Positions 52,501-61,092 are shown, counted from the stretch's first letter. The stretch: DNA of 64,000 bases from Acholeplasmataceae bacterium (GCA_050953825.1 JBMNNF010000003.1:70767-134766), one strand, 5' to 3'. Program-made: numbers and translations. Notes: generated from the sequence alone by a model not told the origin.

Positions 52501-55500
52501 AAGAGGTACAATTAAATGCCAACGGCTTTACAAGAACTGACTATACATTTATTGGTTGGAGTACTACTAGCACTGGAGATTGTATCTATGATGATCAAGC
52601 ACTAGTTACCAATTTAACAACCCTTGAGACAGTAACTTTATATGCAAAATGGATTAGAAATCCAAAAACCATTACTTTCCATTTAAATGATGGTAGTTTA
52701 CCTGAAGGTTATGAGACAACAATGTTACTTTATGAAGCTAATCTTCCATATACTTTACCAATACCAACTAAAGCTCCAAATGGCGAAGCCCACTATGAAT
52801 TTATTGGTTGGTATCCATCAAATACAATTATATTTGACAATAAAATTGAGGTCTTAAATGAGTTTGAAGACTATACATTATACGCTAAATGGGATGAAGT
52901 CTACTATATTGGCGAATATCCACAAACTAAAGTAATTGATTCAGCCTTAATTATTGAATTAGATAAACTAACACCTCAAACATCAAGTAAAACATTAACG
53001 ACATCGCGAGGTAAGTCACATACAGAAACTTGGTACACAGTTACATACAGTGGTATTAAATATGAAAAAGTCGATACTGATTATTATAAATATGAACCAA
53101 TTGCATTTTGTAAAACAGCAGATGGAACTTATTATTCTAGACACATATTAGACTATTCACCATTTGATGAACTAGGTAATGATAGTACTATAACCAATAT
53201 CTACAACAATAGTTATGTTAGAAAGTACATAACAGAAGTTGTTAAACCTAAAACAGGTCTTGATTTTCTATTAGGTTTATTTTCAAAAGAACAGCTAAAT
53301 AATAGCGATGATTTCCCTTGGAATGCTCATCGAAAAGCTGTTAATACAGATTACTCAAATATGGCATGTCAAGGTGGAAGAGGAAAGATTCCGTCATCAT
53401 CATTTTTGGTCTCTTACAACATAAATTATCTAAATACATATTGGACAAACAGCCCTTCAACAGCTTTATACCGAACACTCAATGTTAAAGATAATGGTTC
53501 TGTAGTTCCAAATTCTCAAGGTGCTTCTACACATGAAGTGTTAGGGCTTCGCATAACAATTCCAACCGGTTATACTATAACTTTTAATGGTAACGGTTAT
53601 ACAAGTGGTAGTACGCCAAAACAGATCGTAAAATATAATGAATCAGAACAAGTTCAATTAAATGCTAATGGATTTTTAAAGACAGGCTATACTTTTAAAG
53701 GTTGGAGTACAACCGCTACTGGAGAAGTTGAATATAATGACGAAATGGTTATTGAAAGTCCTCTAGCAGATGAATTAATCACTTTATATGCCGTTTGGGA
53801 GGCAAACACTTATACCATTATCTTCAACGGTAATGGACATGACGGTGGTATCACACCAAATCAAAATATGACATACGACCAGGCATTGGCGTTACATCAA
53901 AGTAATTTTTATAAAGAAAATTACAAGTTTATTGGTTGGAGTACAACCGCCACTGGCAATGTTATTTATGAAAATAAGGAAATAGTTATTAATTTAACCA
54001 CTTCCGGTTCAATTACTTTATATGCGGTTTGGTTATTAGGTAAGCAAATCACTCTTAACTTAAACGGTGGCACCCTACCTAGTGGTTATAAGAGTGTGAT
54101 GTTTATAGCTAACTCAGACTTCCCATATACCCTACCAATTCCGACGAAAACTGATGGGGAGGGCGGAGTATATGAATTTTTCGGTTGGTATGATAACCAC
54201 TATATGCATTATGGAAATAAATTAGATGAGTTAACTGAAATTAAAGATTATACTTTATATGCCCATTGGACTGAGTATCCTGTTTATTACCAAAATGAAT
54301 ATCCTCAAACTAAAGTCACTGATCAAGCATTAATCACCGAATTAAATAAACTCACACCTGAAACATCAAGTAAGACGTTAACTACTTCACAAAATACATC
54401 TAACGTTGAAACTTGGAATACAGTTACATATAGCGGTAATAAATATGAAAAATTGGGTAGCGATTATTATAAATATGAACCAATTGCCTTCTATAAATTA
54501 CCAGATGGAACTTATTATTCAAGATATATCATCGATTATTCACCATTTGATGAATACGGAAGTCCAACTATCCAAACTAACAAATACGACGATAGTTATG
54601 TTAGAAAATATTTAAAAGAAGTCATGAGGACTAAATCGGGAATTGATCAAACATTAGGCTTATTGTCAACTGATGAATTATCAACTTATAATAAAATTAA
54701 CAAAGCCACTAGTACTGATTATGCAAGTGCAGTCTTATTAGGTGGTAGAGGTGAAATAACATCATTTGAAGTTTCTTACGATGATTCTTATTTAAATTAT
54801 TACTATACAAATACTTCGTATACATATGGCACTCAAAGTGCATATTGTATCAATGCTGATGGTAATAAAACTAACTATATTTGTTATCGAGTACTAGGTC
54901 TTCGCGTGTCGATTCCAAGAACCTATATCATAACCTTTGAGGGAAACGGTCATGATAGTGGAAGTACTCAAAGTCAAACAGTCTATTACCATGAACGAGT
55001 ACCACTAAATGCTAATGGATTTAGTAAATCTGGTCACACCTTTATGGGATGGAGTACAACTAGTACAGGAGATGTTGAATATATTGATGAAGAAAATATT
55101 AAAAACTTAACCAATGAGGTTGGTGGCGAAGTAACCTTATATGCCGTTTGGGAAGAACATCATACCGTTAACGTTATTTTAAATGGTGGAGCTTTACCTG
55201 GTGGCGGTAATGTTATCAACGTTCCAATTTCAGAGTTTCCATTTATTATGCCAAGACCAACTAAGACTACTGGAAGTTATCATCGAGAATTTTTAGGTTG
55301 GTATACTGAAAACTCTACTGAAGGGACAAGATTAGACGTATTAAGTACACTTCAAACCTATACTTTATACGCTTTATGGGGTGATGAACCACTTTATTAT
55401 ATCGGCGAGTATCCACAAACTAAAATTACTGATGCAGCGTTAATTGCTATACTTGATGAATTGACACCACAAACATCAACTAAGACTTTACCAACATCAC

Positions 55501-56096
55501 AACCTGATCTATCTAACACAGAAACTTGGTATACGGTTAGTTATAAAGGTTATAAGTTTGAAAAACTTGGATCTAATTATTTTAAATATGAACCAATCGC
55601 TTTCTACTATCGAATCGATACCGGTCTTCATTACACTAAGTACATAATCGACTATTCACCATTTGATGTCTATGTATTTCCTGCAAGTGGGTATATCCCA
55701 TCTAATAATTATAATACTAGCTATGTTAAAGGTTATCTAAACCAAGTCCTTAAAATCAAAGCCGGTGTTACTTCAACTGTAAGGTTGTTATTAGAAACAG
55801 ATTTAAATAACACTGCTAATTTTGCTGATGTTGAAGCGAAAAAAGCGACATCTACCGAATATGCGGAAGAAGTATTTTTAACACATATCCGACACGAAAA
55901 TTCAACGCTAGGCGTCAGTTATAAAACTTCTTCATATTTGAATACTTATTGGACGGGTACTCCTAGTAAGAAAACAGATCAATCCCATATTAATCGAGTG
56001 GTTTATGTTTTATATAATGGTAATTATGGCGAACACTACTACTTAATAGAACACGCTAACTATTTATTTGGATTGCGTTGTGTGTTTGAAGATTAA
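43530..56096 (+). CDS. Giant (4188 aa) surface lipoprotein made of Listeria-Bacteroides-type (Flg_new-like) repeats plus five larger C-terminal modules
   Basis: Uninterrupted 12.5-kb ORF. Signal peptide with lipobox LLNGC. The repeat signature F(D/N)GNG...GY.F.GW...TLYA.W recurs throughout. Confidence 0.9.
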   Translation: MMEKSKSFLIGKLSKIFSIAVLFFSVFLLNGCENFNEEDPKNHDVVIKYLGEDLNGNYSVNLEEVIVNNREGYEISIEEKTFPNFIFREDNPRTYIITGEDNQEVIIKYDKDVGYTINFDGNGHTSGDTESQSVEYNQEIALTPNGFSRTGYRFIGWSTTSDGVVEYADQVNVLNLATGSITLYAVWEANTYTIIFDGNGATSGITDSQTVIYDQTVALNANGFNKTGYMFMGWGLSSDGTVQYNDEATVNNIVSSESITLYAIWQAATCMIQFDGNGHTDGNTESQISNYNEETRLNANGFSRTGYKFIGWSTTSTGSVEYNDQEDVFDLTKSNLVTLYAVWEAKAYSIFFSGNGHDTGMMEHQNVSYDQEVPLSANKFGKIGHTFQGWSTTTDGIVEYNDKANIKNLTISQSITLYAVWKANIYTIIFDGNGHDGGDTGNQTVHYNQVVTLNTNRYTKTGYTFMGWSRSSDGYIQYNDEATVSNVTESDSITLYAKWVVNSYIIIFDGNGANSGYTESQEIDYNEQARLNENGYGRTGHTFKGWSTTSSGSVQYTDKISVKNLVPSGTITLYAIWEAKTYTIIFNGNGCDGGYTENQTINYGKQVTLIPNGYTKTGYTFAGWSRSSDGNIQYNNEASVKNVTESDSVTLYAKWVANSYAIFFDGNGASVGHTKYQMIRYDEQVELNKNEYDRTGYTFKGWSTTINGNVEYNDKANIKNLAPSGTITLYAVWEVNSYTINFDGNGSTSGSTASQTINYDKQVALNANEFIKNGYTFIGWSTLSDGAVHYNDKASVKNLTTEASITLYAVWKVNNYTINFDGNGNDGGITPSQILEYEQELPLNANEFIKIGYTFKGWSTTSTGNVEYVDKANVKKLTVSTITLYAIWQVNTYTITFDGNGNDDGTTASQTINYDEIATLNENGFSKTGYTFKGWSKTEIGNVEYDDKSSVLKLSTGNPITLYAIWEENTYTIHFDGNGHTSGNTENQVIYYEDSVLLNLNQYTKIGYTFKGWSETETGNVKYNDLANVNKLIPSGTMTLFAVWEANKYTIDFNGNGFTGGSTQSQTVNYDEEVALTANGYNRDNHKFIGWSKTETGDVLYNDKASIKNLVTSGSITLYAVWAVGTHTINFNGNGYTSGSTASQVVEYGQIVTLNENGFSRDNHVFLGWSKTETGDVEYIDQAEVQNLTTGNSVTLYAVWAVSIYTITFNGNGHESGSTINQTVNYNEEVSLNANGYSKDGYLFIGWSTTSDGSVQYSDQASVKNLTTIGSITLYAVWAANSYEVNFNGNGHTSGSIANQTVDYDEQVALNANGFSRTGYTFAGWSTISDGSVQYSDQAIIKNLTTKVSITLYAVWEVNTYTIIFDGNEHDGGNTENQIINYDEQVTLIPNGYTKTGYTFMGWSRSSDGYIQYNDEAIVKNVAESGSVTLYAKWGVNIYTIIFDGNGHTSGSTASQTTNYDEGTTLNINGFIRTGYRFIGWSTTSTGNAEYNDQETVLRLTTSNAITLYAVWEAQGYTIYFNGNGSDAGNMQYQNVIYDQEVALKPNEFGRTGYNFKGWSTTSNGSVEYTDQKKIKNLTTLQSITLYAVWEANTYTVNFDGNGHTSGSTASQTINYDEQVALNANGYSKTGYTFIGWSTTIYGNVEYIDKASIKNLTTSGSITLYAIWTTKSYTVNFNGNGYTSGSTASQTINYDEQVALNANGFSKTGYTFIGWSITSDGSVQYNDQASVKNLTTETSITLYAVWTTKSYTVNFDGNGHTDGSTASQTINYDEQVALNANGFNKTGYTFIGWSITSDGSVQYSDQASVKNLTTQTSITLYAVWEANTYTIIFDGNGHTSGSTASQTINYDEQVALNTNGFIRTGYTFVGWNTASTGTAEYTDGASVKNLTTETSITLYAVWTTKSYTVNFDGNGHTSGSTASQTINYDELVSLIPNGYTKTGYTFMGWSRSSDGSVQYSDQASVKNLTTETSITLYAVWEANSYTVNFDGNGHTSGNTVSQTINYDEQVALNANGFNKTGYTFIGWSITSDGSVQYSDQASVKNLTTQTSITLYAVWEANSYTVNFDGNGHTSGNTLSQTIDYDEQVALNTNGFIRTGYTFVGWNTASTGTAEYTDGASVKNLTTETSITLYAIWEGNTYTINFNRNGSDAGSMASQTAKYGQQVSLNPNGFSKTGYTFIGWSTTSTGNVKYTDKANTNNLTTESSITLYAIWKANTYIITFDGNGHTGGNTTSQTVTYDEEITLTANGFSKTGYKFVGWSTTSTGNVKYVDQASVSNITIESSITLYAVWEKTHQKITFNLNEGTLPSGYSTIIYVSNQLFPYVLPTPTKIQSGEASYEFLGWYETNSTEGTKVDVLSELKDYTLYAQWNTDVVYYKGEYPQSRVTNSSLLTELNKLTPQTSSKILTTSQGTAHTEVWYTINYGGYKFEKVGDKYYKYEPIAFYKLADGTYYSKHVIDYSPFDEKVDNETVTNNYHNSYVRKYLNEVIKTKAGINSTLGLLSKAQLSNTTNFADDNARAAQTTSYGFGVVEGGRGKITSFSVNYFYFYNKHYWTNTPSTYSKYVVNRVNGDGIFLDADCNHAFGLRITIPKTYTIEFRGNGSDSGSTETQIVEYGMPTPLNMNGFARECYAFVGWSTTYNGDVEYEDGAIITDLTTENITYLYAKWERIAVKITFNLNGGTLPEGYDTVMMIYNTEFPYTLPIPEKAQNGEESYEFLGWSYSSSPTGNKIYVLETPSTSTLYAHWGSVYYKGEYPQTKVMDETLIIELNKLTPQTSSKTLTTSQGKSHTETWYTVTYNGIKYEKVGTDYYKYEPIKFYRLSDGTYYSGFIIDYSPFDEYTTSVVTNIYNNSYIKKYLNEVIKAKTGFTSLIGILSNEELSNTTNFANGAARRTTSTEYATAIYQGARGKITFGSYSSSYLDNYWTSTPSADNGNLAYVVNKYGTQSASNNRTSRVLGLRMTIPGTYTINFDGNGSDGGNTASQIAPYDQEVQLNANGFTRTDYTFIGWSTTSTGDCIYDDQALVTNLTTLETVTLYAKWIRNPKTITFHLNDGSLPEGYETTMLLYEANLPYTLPIPTKAPNGEAHYEFIGWYPSNTIIFDNKIEVLNEFEDYTLYAKWDEVYYIGEYPQTKVIDSALIIELDKLTPQTSSKTLTTSRGKSHTETWYTVTYSGIKYEKVDTDYYKYEPIAFCKTADGTYYSRHILDYSPFDELGNDSTITNIYNNSYVRKYITEVVKPKTGLDFLLGLFSKEQLNNSDDFPWNAHRKAVNTDYSNMACQGGRGKIPSSSFLVSYNINYLNTYWTNSPSTALYRTLNVKDNGSVVPNSQGASTHEVLGLRITIPTGYTITFNGNGYTSGSTPKQIVKYNESEQVQLNANGFLKTGYTFKGWSTTATGEVEYNDEMVIESPLADELITLYAVWEANTYTIIFNGNGHDGGITPNQNMTYDQALALHQSNFYKENYKFIGWSTTATGNVIYENKEIVINLTTSGSITLYAVWLLGKQITLNLNGGTLPSGYKSVMFIANSDFPYTLPIPTKTDGEGGVYEFFGWYDNHYMHYGNKLDELTEIKDYTLYAHWTEYPVYYQNEYPQTKVTDQALITELNKLTPETSSKTLTTSQNTSNVETWNTVTYSGNKYEKLGSDYYKYEPIAFYKLPDGTYYSRYIIDYSPFDEYGSPTIQTNKYDDSYVRKYLKEVMRTKSGIDQTLGLLSTDELSTYNKINKATSTDYASAVLLGGRGEITSFEVSYDDSYLNYYYTNTSYTYGTQSAYCINADGNKTNYICYRVLGLRVSIPRTYIITFEGNGHDSGSTQSQTVYYHERVPLNANGFSKSGHTFMGWSTTSTGDVEYIDEENIKNLTNEVGGEVTLYAVWEEHHTVNVILNGGALPGGGNVINVPISEFPFIMPRPTKTTGSYHREFLGWYTENSTEGTRLDVLSTLQTYTLYALWGDEPLYYIGEYPQTKITDAALIAILDELTPQTSTKTLPTSQPDLSNTETWYTVSYKGYKFEKLGSNYFKYEPIAFYYRIDTGLHYTKYIIDYSPFDVYVFPASGYIPSNNYNTSYVKGYLNQVLKIKAGVTSTVRLLLETDLNNTANFADVEAKKATSTEYAEEVFLTHIRHENSTLGVSYKTSSYLNTYWTGTPSKKTDQSHINRVVYVLYNGNYGEHYYLIEHANYLFGLRCVFED
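43866..50410 (+). repeat. 28 consecutive in-frame coding repeats of about 75-78 aa (about 234 nt)
   Basis: I counted 28 units ending in (I/V/M)TL(Y/F)A.W before the first large module. Confidence 0.85.
50410..56093 (+). repeat. Five copies of a composite unit: degenerate repeat, ~270-aa module, then 1-2 canonical repeats (none after the final module)
   Basis: Recurring blocks: ITFNLNGGTLPEGY, YEF(L/I)GWY, (E/N)YPQ(T/S)(K/R)(V/I), LNKLTPQTSSKTLTTSQG, YKYEPI, IDYSPFDE, YWT(N/S/G)(T/S)PS, GLR. Confidence 0.8.
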
Positions 56097-56170
56097 TCTT
56101 TTATTGTTTCCAAAAAATAATGCAGCACTAATTAGATTGAACATAAAATTAAAAGATTAATTGTATGTAA

Positions 56171-56207
56171 AACCAAATAAGGAGCGCACAACGCTCCTTT
56201 TTTGGTT
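56171..56207. terminator. Strong bidirectional terminator after the giant gene
   Basis: aaccaaa-t-aaggagcg cacaa cgctcctt-t-tttggtt, about 15 bp. Confidence 0.85.
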
Positions 56208-56260
56208 AATATGAGTTAATTATCGCCTCATAAATATGATAAAATAATAGTGGTGGTTAT

Positions 56261-57520
56261 ATGTACAAGAAAATGATATTAATCCGTTTTGGGGATTTAA
56301 TGTTAAAAGGAAAAAATCAAAGAACATTTACTAACGCCATTAAACGATTAATCAAAGATAAACTAAGTGATTTAAATGTGACAATTATTAATACTTATAA
56401 CCGAGTTTATTTAGAATTAAATGAGGTTAATCCTGATTTGGTAGTATCAAGACTAATGTTAGTCTCAGGCTTACATTCTTTTAGTTTTGTTTATAAAACA
56501 TCACTTGAACTAGAAAATATTAAAAATACTGCAATTCAATTAATAGAAGATGAATTAACTGACTATAATCACTTCAAAATCGAAACGAAACGAGCTTATA
56601 AACAAATTCCATATACAAGTTTAGAATTTTCAAAACTAATGGCTCCGGCCATTTTAAAGCACTTTGGCGGTAAAATTACTGTTGATGTGAAAAACCCAAC
56701 AGAGATCTTAACTATTGAAATTCGAGAAGATGGAACATATTTGTTTTTAAAAACAATTAAAGGTTTAGGTGGCTATCCAGTCGGAACTGGCGGTAAAGGA
56801 TTAGTAATGTTAAGTGGTGGAATTGATTCACCGGTAGCTGGATTTCTCGCCTTGAAACAAGGCGTAGAAATTGAATTAATTCACTTTGAGTCTTGTCCAA
56901 TGACACCACTAGAATCAGTTGATAAAGTTTTAAAAATTAGTCAAAAACTAGCAAGATACATGCCAAAAGGGCAAATTAAAATCCATTTAGTTCATTTTGC
57001 GGAAATTCATCATGAACTATTAACTCACATTCCAGATCCATATTTGATTACGATTATGAGGAGAATGATGTACCGGATTGCCGAAAGGTTTGCCCAACGC
57101 CAACATATATTAGTCTTAATTAATGGTGAGTCAATTGGTCAAGTTGCCAGCCAAACTTTAGAGAGTTTAAGTGTGGTTGAAGAAGTGACAAGAATGCCAA
57201 TTATTAGACCACTAGCGACTTATGATAAAAATGATATTATTAAAATTTCCAAACAAATTGATACTTATGAAACATCAATTATTCCATTTGAAGATTGTTG
57301 TACTGTCTATGTACCAAAGAAACCAGTAACTAAACCCAAGAGTGTGGAATGTGAAAGGGTTGAAGCAAAATTCGATTACGAACCACTAATTGAAACAGCA
57401 ATCAACAGTATAACAACCATCAAAGTTTATCATAATCAAGAAATTAGATTAGCTAATTACGGGTTTGAATTCAAAGATGCCTATGAGGGGTGGAAACATG
57501 ATAACCAGTCGTCAAAATGA
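56261..57520 (+). CDS. thiI: tRNA 4-thiouridine synthase ThiI
   Basis: THUMP-like N-terminus and PP-loop LSGGIDSPVA. Confidence 0.9.
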   Translation: MYKKMILIRFGDLMLKGKNQRTFTNAIKRLIKDKLSDLNVTIINTYNRVYLELNEVNPDLVVSRLMLVSGLHSFSFVYKTSLELENIKNTAIQLIEDELTDYNHFKIETKRAYKQIPYTSLEFSKLMAPAILKHFGGKITVDVKNPTEILTIEIREDGTYLFLKTIKGLGGYPVGTGGKGLVMLSGGIDSPVAGFLALKQGVEIELIHFESCPMTPLESVDKVLKISQKLARYMPKGQIKIHLVHFAEIHHELLTHIPDPYLITIMRRMMYRIAERFAQRQHILVLINGESIGQVASQTLESLSVVEEVTRMPIIRPLATYDKNDIIKISKQIDTYETSIIPFEDCCTVYVPKKPVTKPKSVECERVEAKFDYEPLIETAINSITTIKVYHNQEIRLANYGFEFKDAYEGWKHDNQSSK

Positions 57521-58196
57521 AACCATAAAAAAATATTTGAAACTAAAACGAAAAAAATATCGTGATCAAGAATCGCAATTTTTAATATACGGTGATCATT
57601 TAATTGAGATGGCGAAACGCCATGGTAATATTGAATTAATTATTACTTCAAATGAATCAAAAGAAGGGTTATTAGTTTCTAAAGAAATTATGGATGAATT
57701 TAGTCAAACTGAAACTACCTTTGATACTTTAGCGGTTTGTAATAAAACGAATCACCCAATAGTTTCAAACCGGATATTAATTTTAGATGATATTCAAAAT
57801 CCTGATAACGCTGGCGCCTTAATTCGGAGTGCAGCAGCTTTTGGATTTAATCATCTCATTTTTAGTTTAAAAAGTGCTGATTTTTATAACGAGAAGACGA
57901 TAAGGGCTTCGCAAGGCGCTATTTTTGATGTATATCACGAAAGAGTTGATTTAGTAGAAACGATTAAAAAACTAAAAAAAGAGGGATATTTCATCGTTGG
58001 GGCGACCGCTCACGGTCAATCGTTTGTCACTAATCACCGTGAAAAAGTGGCATTAGTTTTAGGGAACGAAGGTGCGGGAATTTCTTTAGAAGTTGAAGCG
58101 TTATTAGATGCCCAAACTACAATTAAAACTCAACATGTTGAAAGTTTAAATGTCAGTATTGCCGGTAGTATTTTAATGTATGAATGGAGTAAATAA
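57498..58196 (+). CDS. TrmH/SpoU-family RNA 2'-O-methyltransferase
   Basis: SpoU blocks NPDNAGALIRSAAAFG, LVLGNEGAGIS, ESLNVSIAGSILMYE. ATG 57498 follows SD gagggg. Confidence 0.85.
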   Translation: MITSRQNETIKKYLKLKRKKYRDQESQFLIYGDHLIEMAKRHGNIELIITSNESKEGLLVSKEIMDEFSQTETTFDTLAVCNKTNHPIVSNRILILDDIQNPDNAGALIRSAAAFGFNHLIFSLKSADFYNEKTIRASQGAIFDVYHERVDLVETIKKLKKEGYFIVGATAHGQSFVTNHREKVALVLGNEGAGISLEVEALLDAQTTIKTQHVESLNVSIAGSILMYEWSK

Positions 58197-59057
58197 ATGA
58201 GAATTGCCAGTTATTTTGATTATTACGATTGGACCATAGACAAACAAATAAAACTTTATGAAACGAACCAACTTGACTACTTTATTTTAAGAAGAGTTGA
58301 TGGGTTTGGTTTTTTAAATTATCAAGATCGCTTAACCGAAATTTCGTTTAAATTAAGAAAAGTTAAAATTGGCTTTTTTGATCCACTATTAGCACCAATC
58401 AATTTAGATGATGAAAATCATATCAATCAATTAATGGCTGCCGCCAAGTTTGCTAAAAAAGTTAAGACAAAAAATCTGGTCATTCAAATCAAACCATTTA
58501 CTAATGAATCAACTAAAAAAGAAATTAAAACCTATTTAAAGAAAATAAAAAAACATACTAAAAGGTTAAATATTTTAATTAAGATTGATAATCAAAACGA
58601 CATGTTTGTTTTTCATAAAATAGCTAATGAAATTAAGTTAAGAAAGATTCAACTAATTTTTAATCCAGCCGTCATTTATCGTAAAAATACTTCACCCTTA
58701 AGTTCATATTCTTTAATGAGAAAGAAAATTGGATTATTTGAAGTTGCCGATACTGCTGAAGATGGTGAAGATATTTTAGTTGGCTATGGTGCCATTAAAA
58801 TGAAAGAGTTATTTAAAAATTTATTTATTGATCGTTACCAACATTTAATTACTCTTAATTCTAACTTGGATGACGTCTTTGAAAATTTTGGAGTTAATCC
58901 GTTAGATGTTGAACGCAAAAATAAAAGACAAAATTTAGACAAATATTTAGAAACCATTCAAAAAATGGGCTATGTGATTTATGATAAAGAAAATGAAGTA
59001 TCATTTGAAGATATTATTGCCCATCAAATTAAATTGTTAAAAATTGTCTTTAAATAA
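58197..59057 (+). CDS. Hypothetical protein
   Basis: Intact 286-aa ORF with codon usage like its neighbours. No family recognised. Confidence 0.6.
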   Translation: MRIASYFDYYDWTIDKQIKLYETNQLDYFILRRVDGFGFLNYQDRLTEISFKLRKVKIGFFDPLLAPINLDDENHINQLMAAAKFAKKVKTKNLVIQIKPFTNESTKKEIKTYLKKIKKHTKRLNILIKIDNQNDMFVFHKIANEIKLRKIQLIFNPAVIYRKNTSPLSSYSLMRKKIGLFEVADTAEDGEDILVGYGAIKMKELFKNLFIDRYQHLITLNSNLDDVFENFGVNPLDVERKNKRQNLDKYLETIQKMGYVIYDKENEVSFEDIIAHQIKLLKIVFK

Positions 59058-59068
59058 AAAAAAGACCA

Positions 59069-59641
59069 TTACAGGTCTTCATCATGATTGATTTCAAATG
59101 CTGGTTCAGCATCGTCTAATTTATCATACAGTTTAGAAACAAATAAAATTCCTTCTAAATGGTCAAACTCATGTTGGAAAACAATAGCGGGATAACCACT
59201 TAATTTTAATTTATTAGGAGTTACTTTATTCGTTTTTGGATCAAATTCGGAAAACTCAATTTCAATTTCTCTATGTCTTGGAGTTAGTCCTTCGGTTTCA
59301 TAATCAACACTTAAGCACCCTTCACCACCTGGTAAATAAATCATTTCTTCACTTTTATAAGTAATTTCAGGATTAATTACGACAAATGAATATAGTTCGT
59401 CTAGAAAATCAAAATGAACCGCAAACATCCGCTTTAAAATATTTACTTGAGGGGCAGCGATACCAACTGCCGCTCTTAATCCGTATTTTTCAGCGATAGT
59501 TTCATCTTGTGAGTTCACGACAAATTCGTGTAAGTCACGAGCTAATCTTTTATCAGCAAAAGAAAGTGGCATTTTCACTGGTTTTGACACTTTCAATAAA
59601 TTAGGATGTCCATCTACGATAATGTTACGCATTGTAATCAT
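59069..59641 (-). CDS. def: Peptide deformylase
   Basis: Motifs GIAAPQV, EGCLS, QHEFDHLEG. Confidence 0.95.
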   Translation of the reverse strand: MITMRNIIVDGHPNLLKVSKPVKMPLSFADKRLARDLHEFVVNSQDETIAEKYGLRAAVGIAAPQVNILKRMFAVHFDFLDELYSFVVINPEITYKSEEMIYLPGGEGCLSVDYETEGLTPRHREIEIEFSEFDPKTNKVTPNKLKLSGYPAIVFQHEFDHLEGILFVSKLYDKLDDAEPAFEINHDEDL

Positions 59642-59680
59642 GTTATCACCAAAAATATTATACCATAAGGAGACAAAAGT

Positions 59681-60139
59681 ATGAATAAGAAGGCTATTAT
59701 CTATACATCATATCACCATAATAACACTGTTAACTTAATTAAAGATGCAGTTAATGAATTAGAATATGATTGGTATAACTTATTAAGAGATAAAGATGTA
59801 TCGATCAATTTTGATCAATACGATACAATTATTTTTGGATCGGGGATTTATTACTCAAGAGTTCACAAGGTAATGGTTAATTTTTTATTAAATAATAAAG
59901 AAAAGCTAGAAGGCAAAAACATAGCGGCAGTTATTACTGCTGGGAAAACTCCAAGTGGATATGCTAAAAGAGTGAAAAATCATTTTAAGAATTTAAAACT
60001 AGATAATGTTTTAGTTTTTTCTTGCCTTGGTTTTGATACTTATGGACCGCTTAAGTTAATTGGTGGCGTGAATAAAGATCGACCAAATAGTGAAGATGTT
60101 ATAAAATTAAAGAAGTTTATATTGGATAATAATCTATGA
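59681..60139 (+). CDS. Flavodoxin-like fold protein
   Basis: KKAIIYTSYHHNNT ... IIFGSGIYY pattern. Weak assignment. Confidence 0.5.
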   Translation: MNKKAIIYTSYHHNNTVNLIKDAVNELEYDWYNLLRDKDVSINFDQYDTIIFGSGIYYSRVHKVMVNFLLNNKEKLEGKNIAAVITAGKTPSGYAKRVKNHFKNLKLDNVLVFSCLGFDTYGPLKLIGGVNKDRPNSEDVIKLKKFILDNNL

Positions 60140-60834
60140 TGCGACTAGATAGGTTACTTGCCAATATGAAATTTGGCACTAGAAAAGAAGTTAGACAAAT
60201 GATCCAAGATGGAGTGGTTACTGTCAACAATAAAATACCACTTAAAACTGATATTAAAGTTAATCCAAGTCATGACCGCGTAGTTGTTGATGGTGAGGAA
60301 ATCTATTACAAGGATGAAATTATCTTAGCGATGTATAAACCAATAGGTTATTTATCGGCTAATATTGATAATTTACATCCAGTAGTAATGGAATTATTAA
60401 AACCACCATATCATCGTCATGATTTTAAAATTGCTGGAAGATTAGATTTAGATGCTGAAGGCTTATTAATCTTAACTACTAGTGGTAATACCGTTCATTT
60501 AATTAGTAATCCCCATCAAAATGTAATTAAAAAATATGAAGTGACGACAGATTTTGCAATTGATGATAAAATGTTATTAAGATTATTAGAACCAATTAAA
60601 ATTTTAGATGGCAATAGTAATCCTTATCTAGCCCAAGCTTTAGAAGTAAATAAAATTGATGAAAAGATGGCAATTATCGCTATTGATCAAGGGAAATATC
60701 ATCAAGTGAAACGAATGTTTAAGGCCATTGGGTATGAAGTAACTAATTTAAAAAGAATTAAAATTGGGAAATATACTCTTCCAAATATCAAACCTGGGGA
60801 GTATATTGAAATTACTAAAGAAGATATCTTATAA
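60136..60834 (+). CDS. RsuA/RluB-family rRNA pseudouridine synthase
   Basis: N-terminal S4 domain (RLDRLLA...V.VNN) and catalytic block GRLDLDAEGLLILT. Confidence 0.9.
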   Translation: MMRLDRLLANMKFGTRKEVRQMIQDGVVTVNNKIPLKTDIKVNPSHDRVVVDGEEIYYKDEIILAMYKPIGYLSANIDNLHPVVMELLKPPYHRHDFKIAGRLDLDAEGLLILTTSGNTVHLISNPHQNVIKKYEVTTDFAIDDKMLLRLLEPIKILDGNSNPYLAQALEVNKIDEKMAIIAIDQGKYHQVKRMFKAIGYEVTNLKRIKIGKYTLPNIKPGEYIEITKEDIL

Positions 60835-60849
60835 AGGAGGGAATAATAC

Positions 60850-61092
60850 ATGGTAAAAGAAAATATTACTAATCGTGTGGCATATATTATTTCATATTCT
60901 AATAAAGCGGTTTTAAAAAGATTAGAGAAATTACCAGTTAGAATTTCTTATATTTCTGAAGCTAATAAACAAGTTTTAGTTTATTTTGATCGCAAGCAAA
61001 AAAAAGATGTGGAAAATCAATTAAAGCGAGTTAAGGGATTTATTGGTATGGAAGAATCAGCTTTATTTCAAGAAGATGTCTTAAACTTTTAA
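60850..61092 (+). CDS. Small UPF0298/DUF2129 (YlbG-like) protein
   Basis: 80 aa, resembling B. subtilis YlbG as I remember it. Weak assignment. Confidence 0.5.
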   Translation: MVKENITNRVAYIISYSNKAVLKRLEKLPVRISYISEANKQVLVYFDRKQKKDVENQLKRVKGFIGMEESALFQEDVLNF

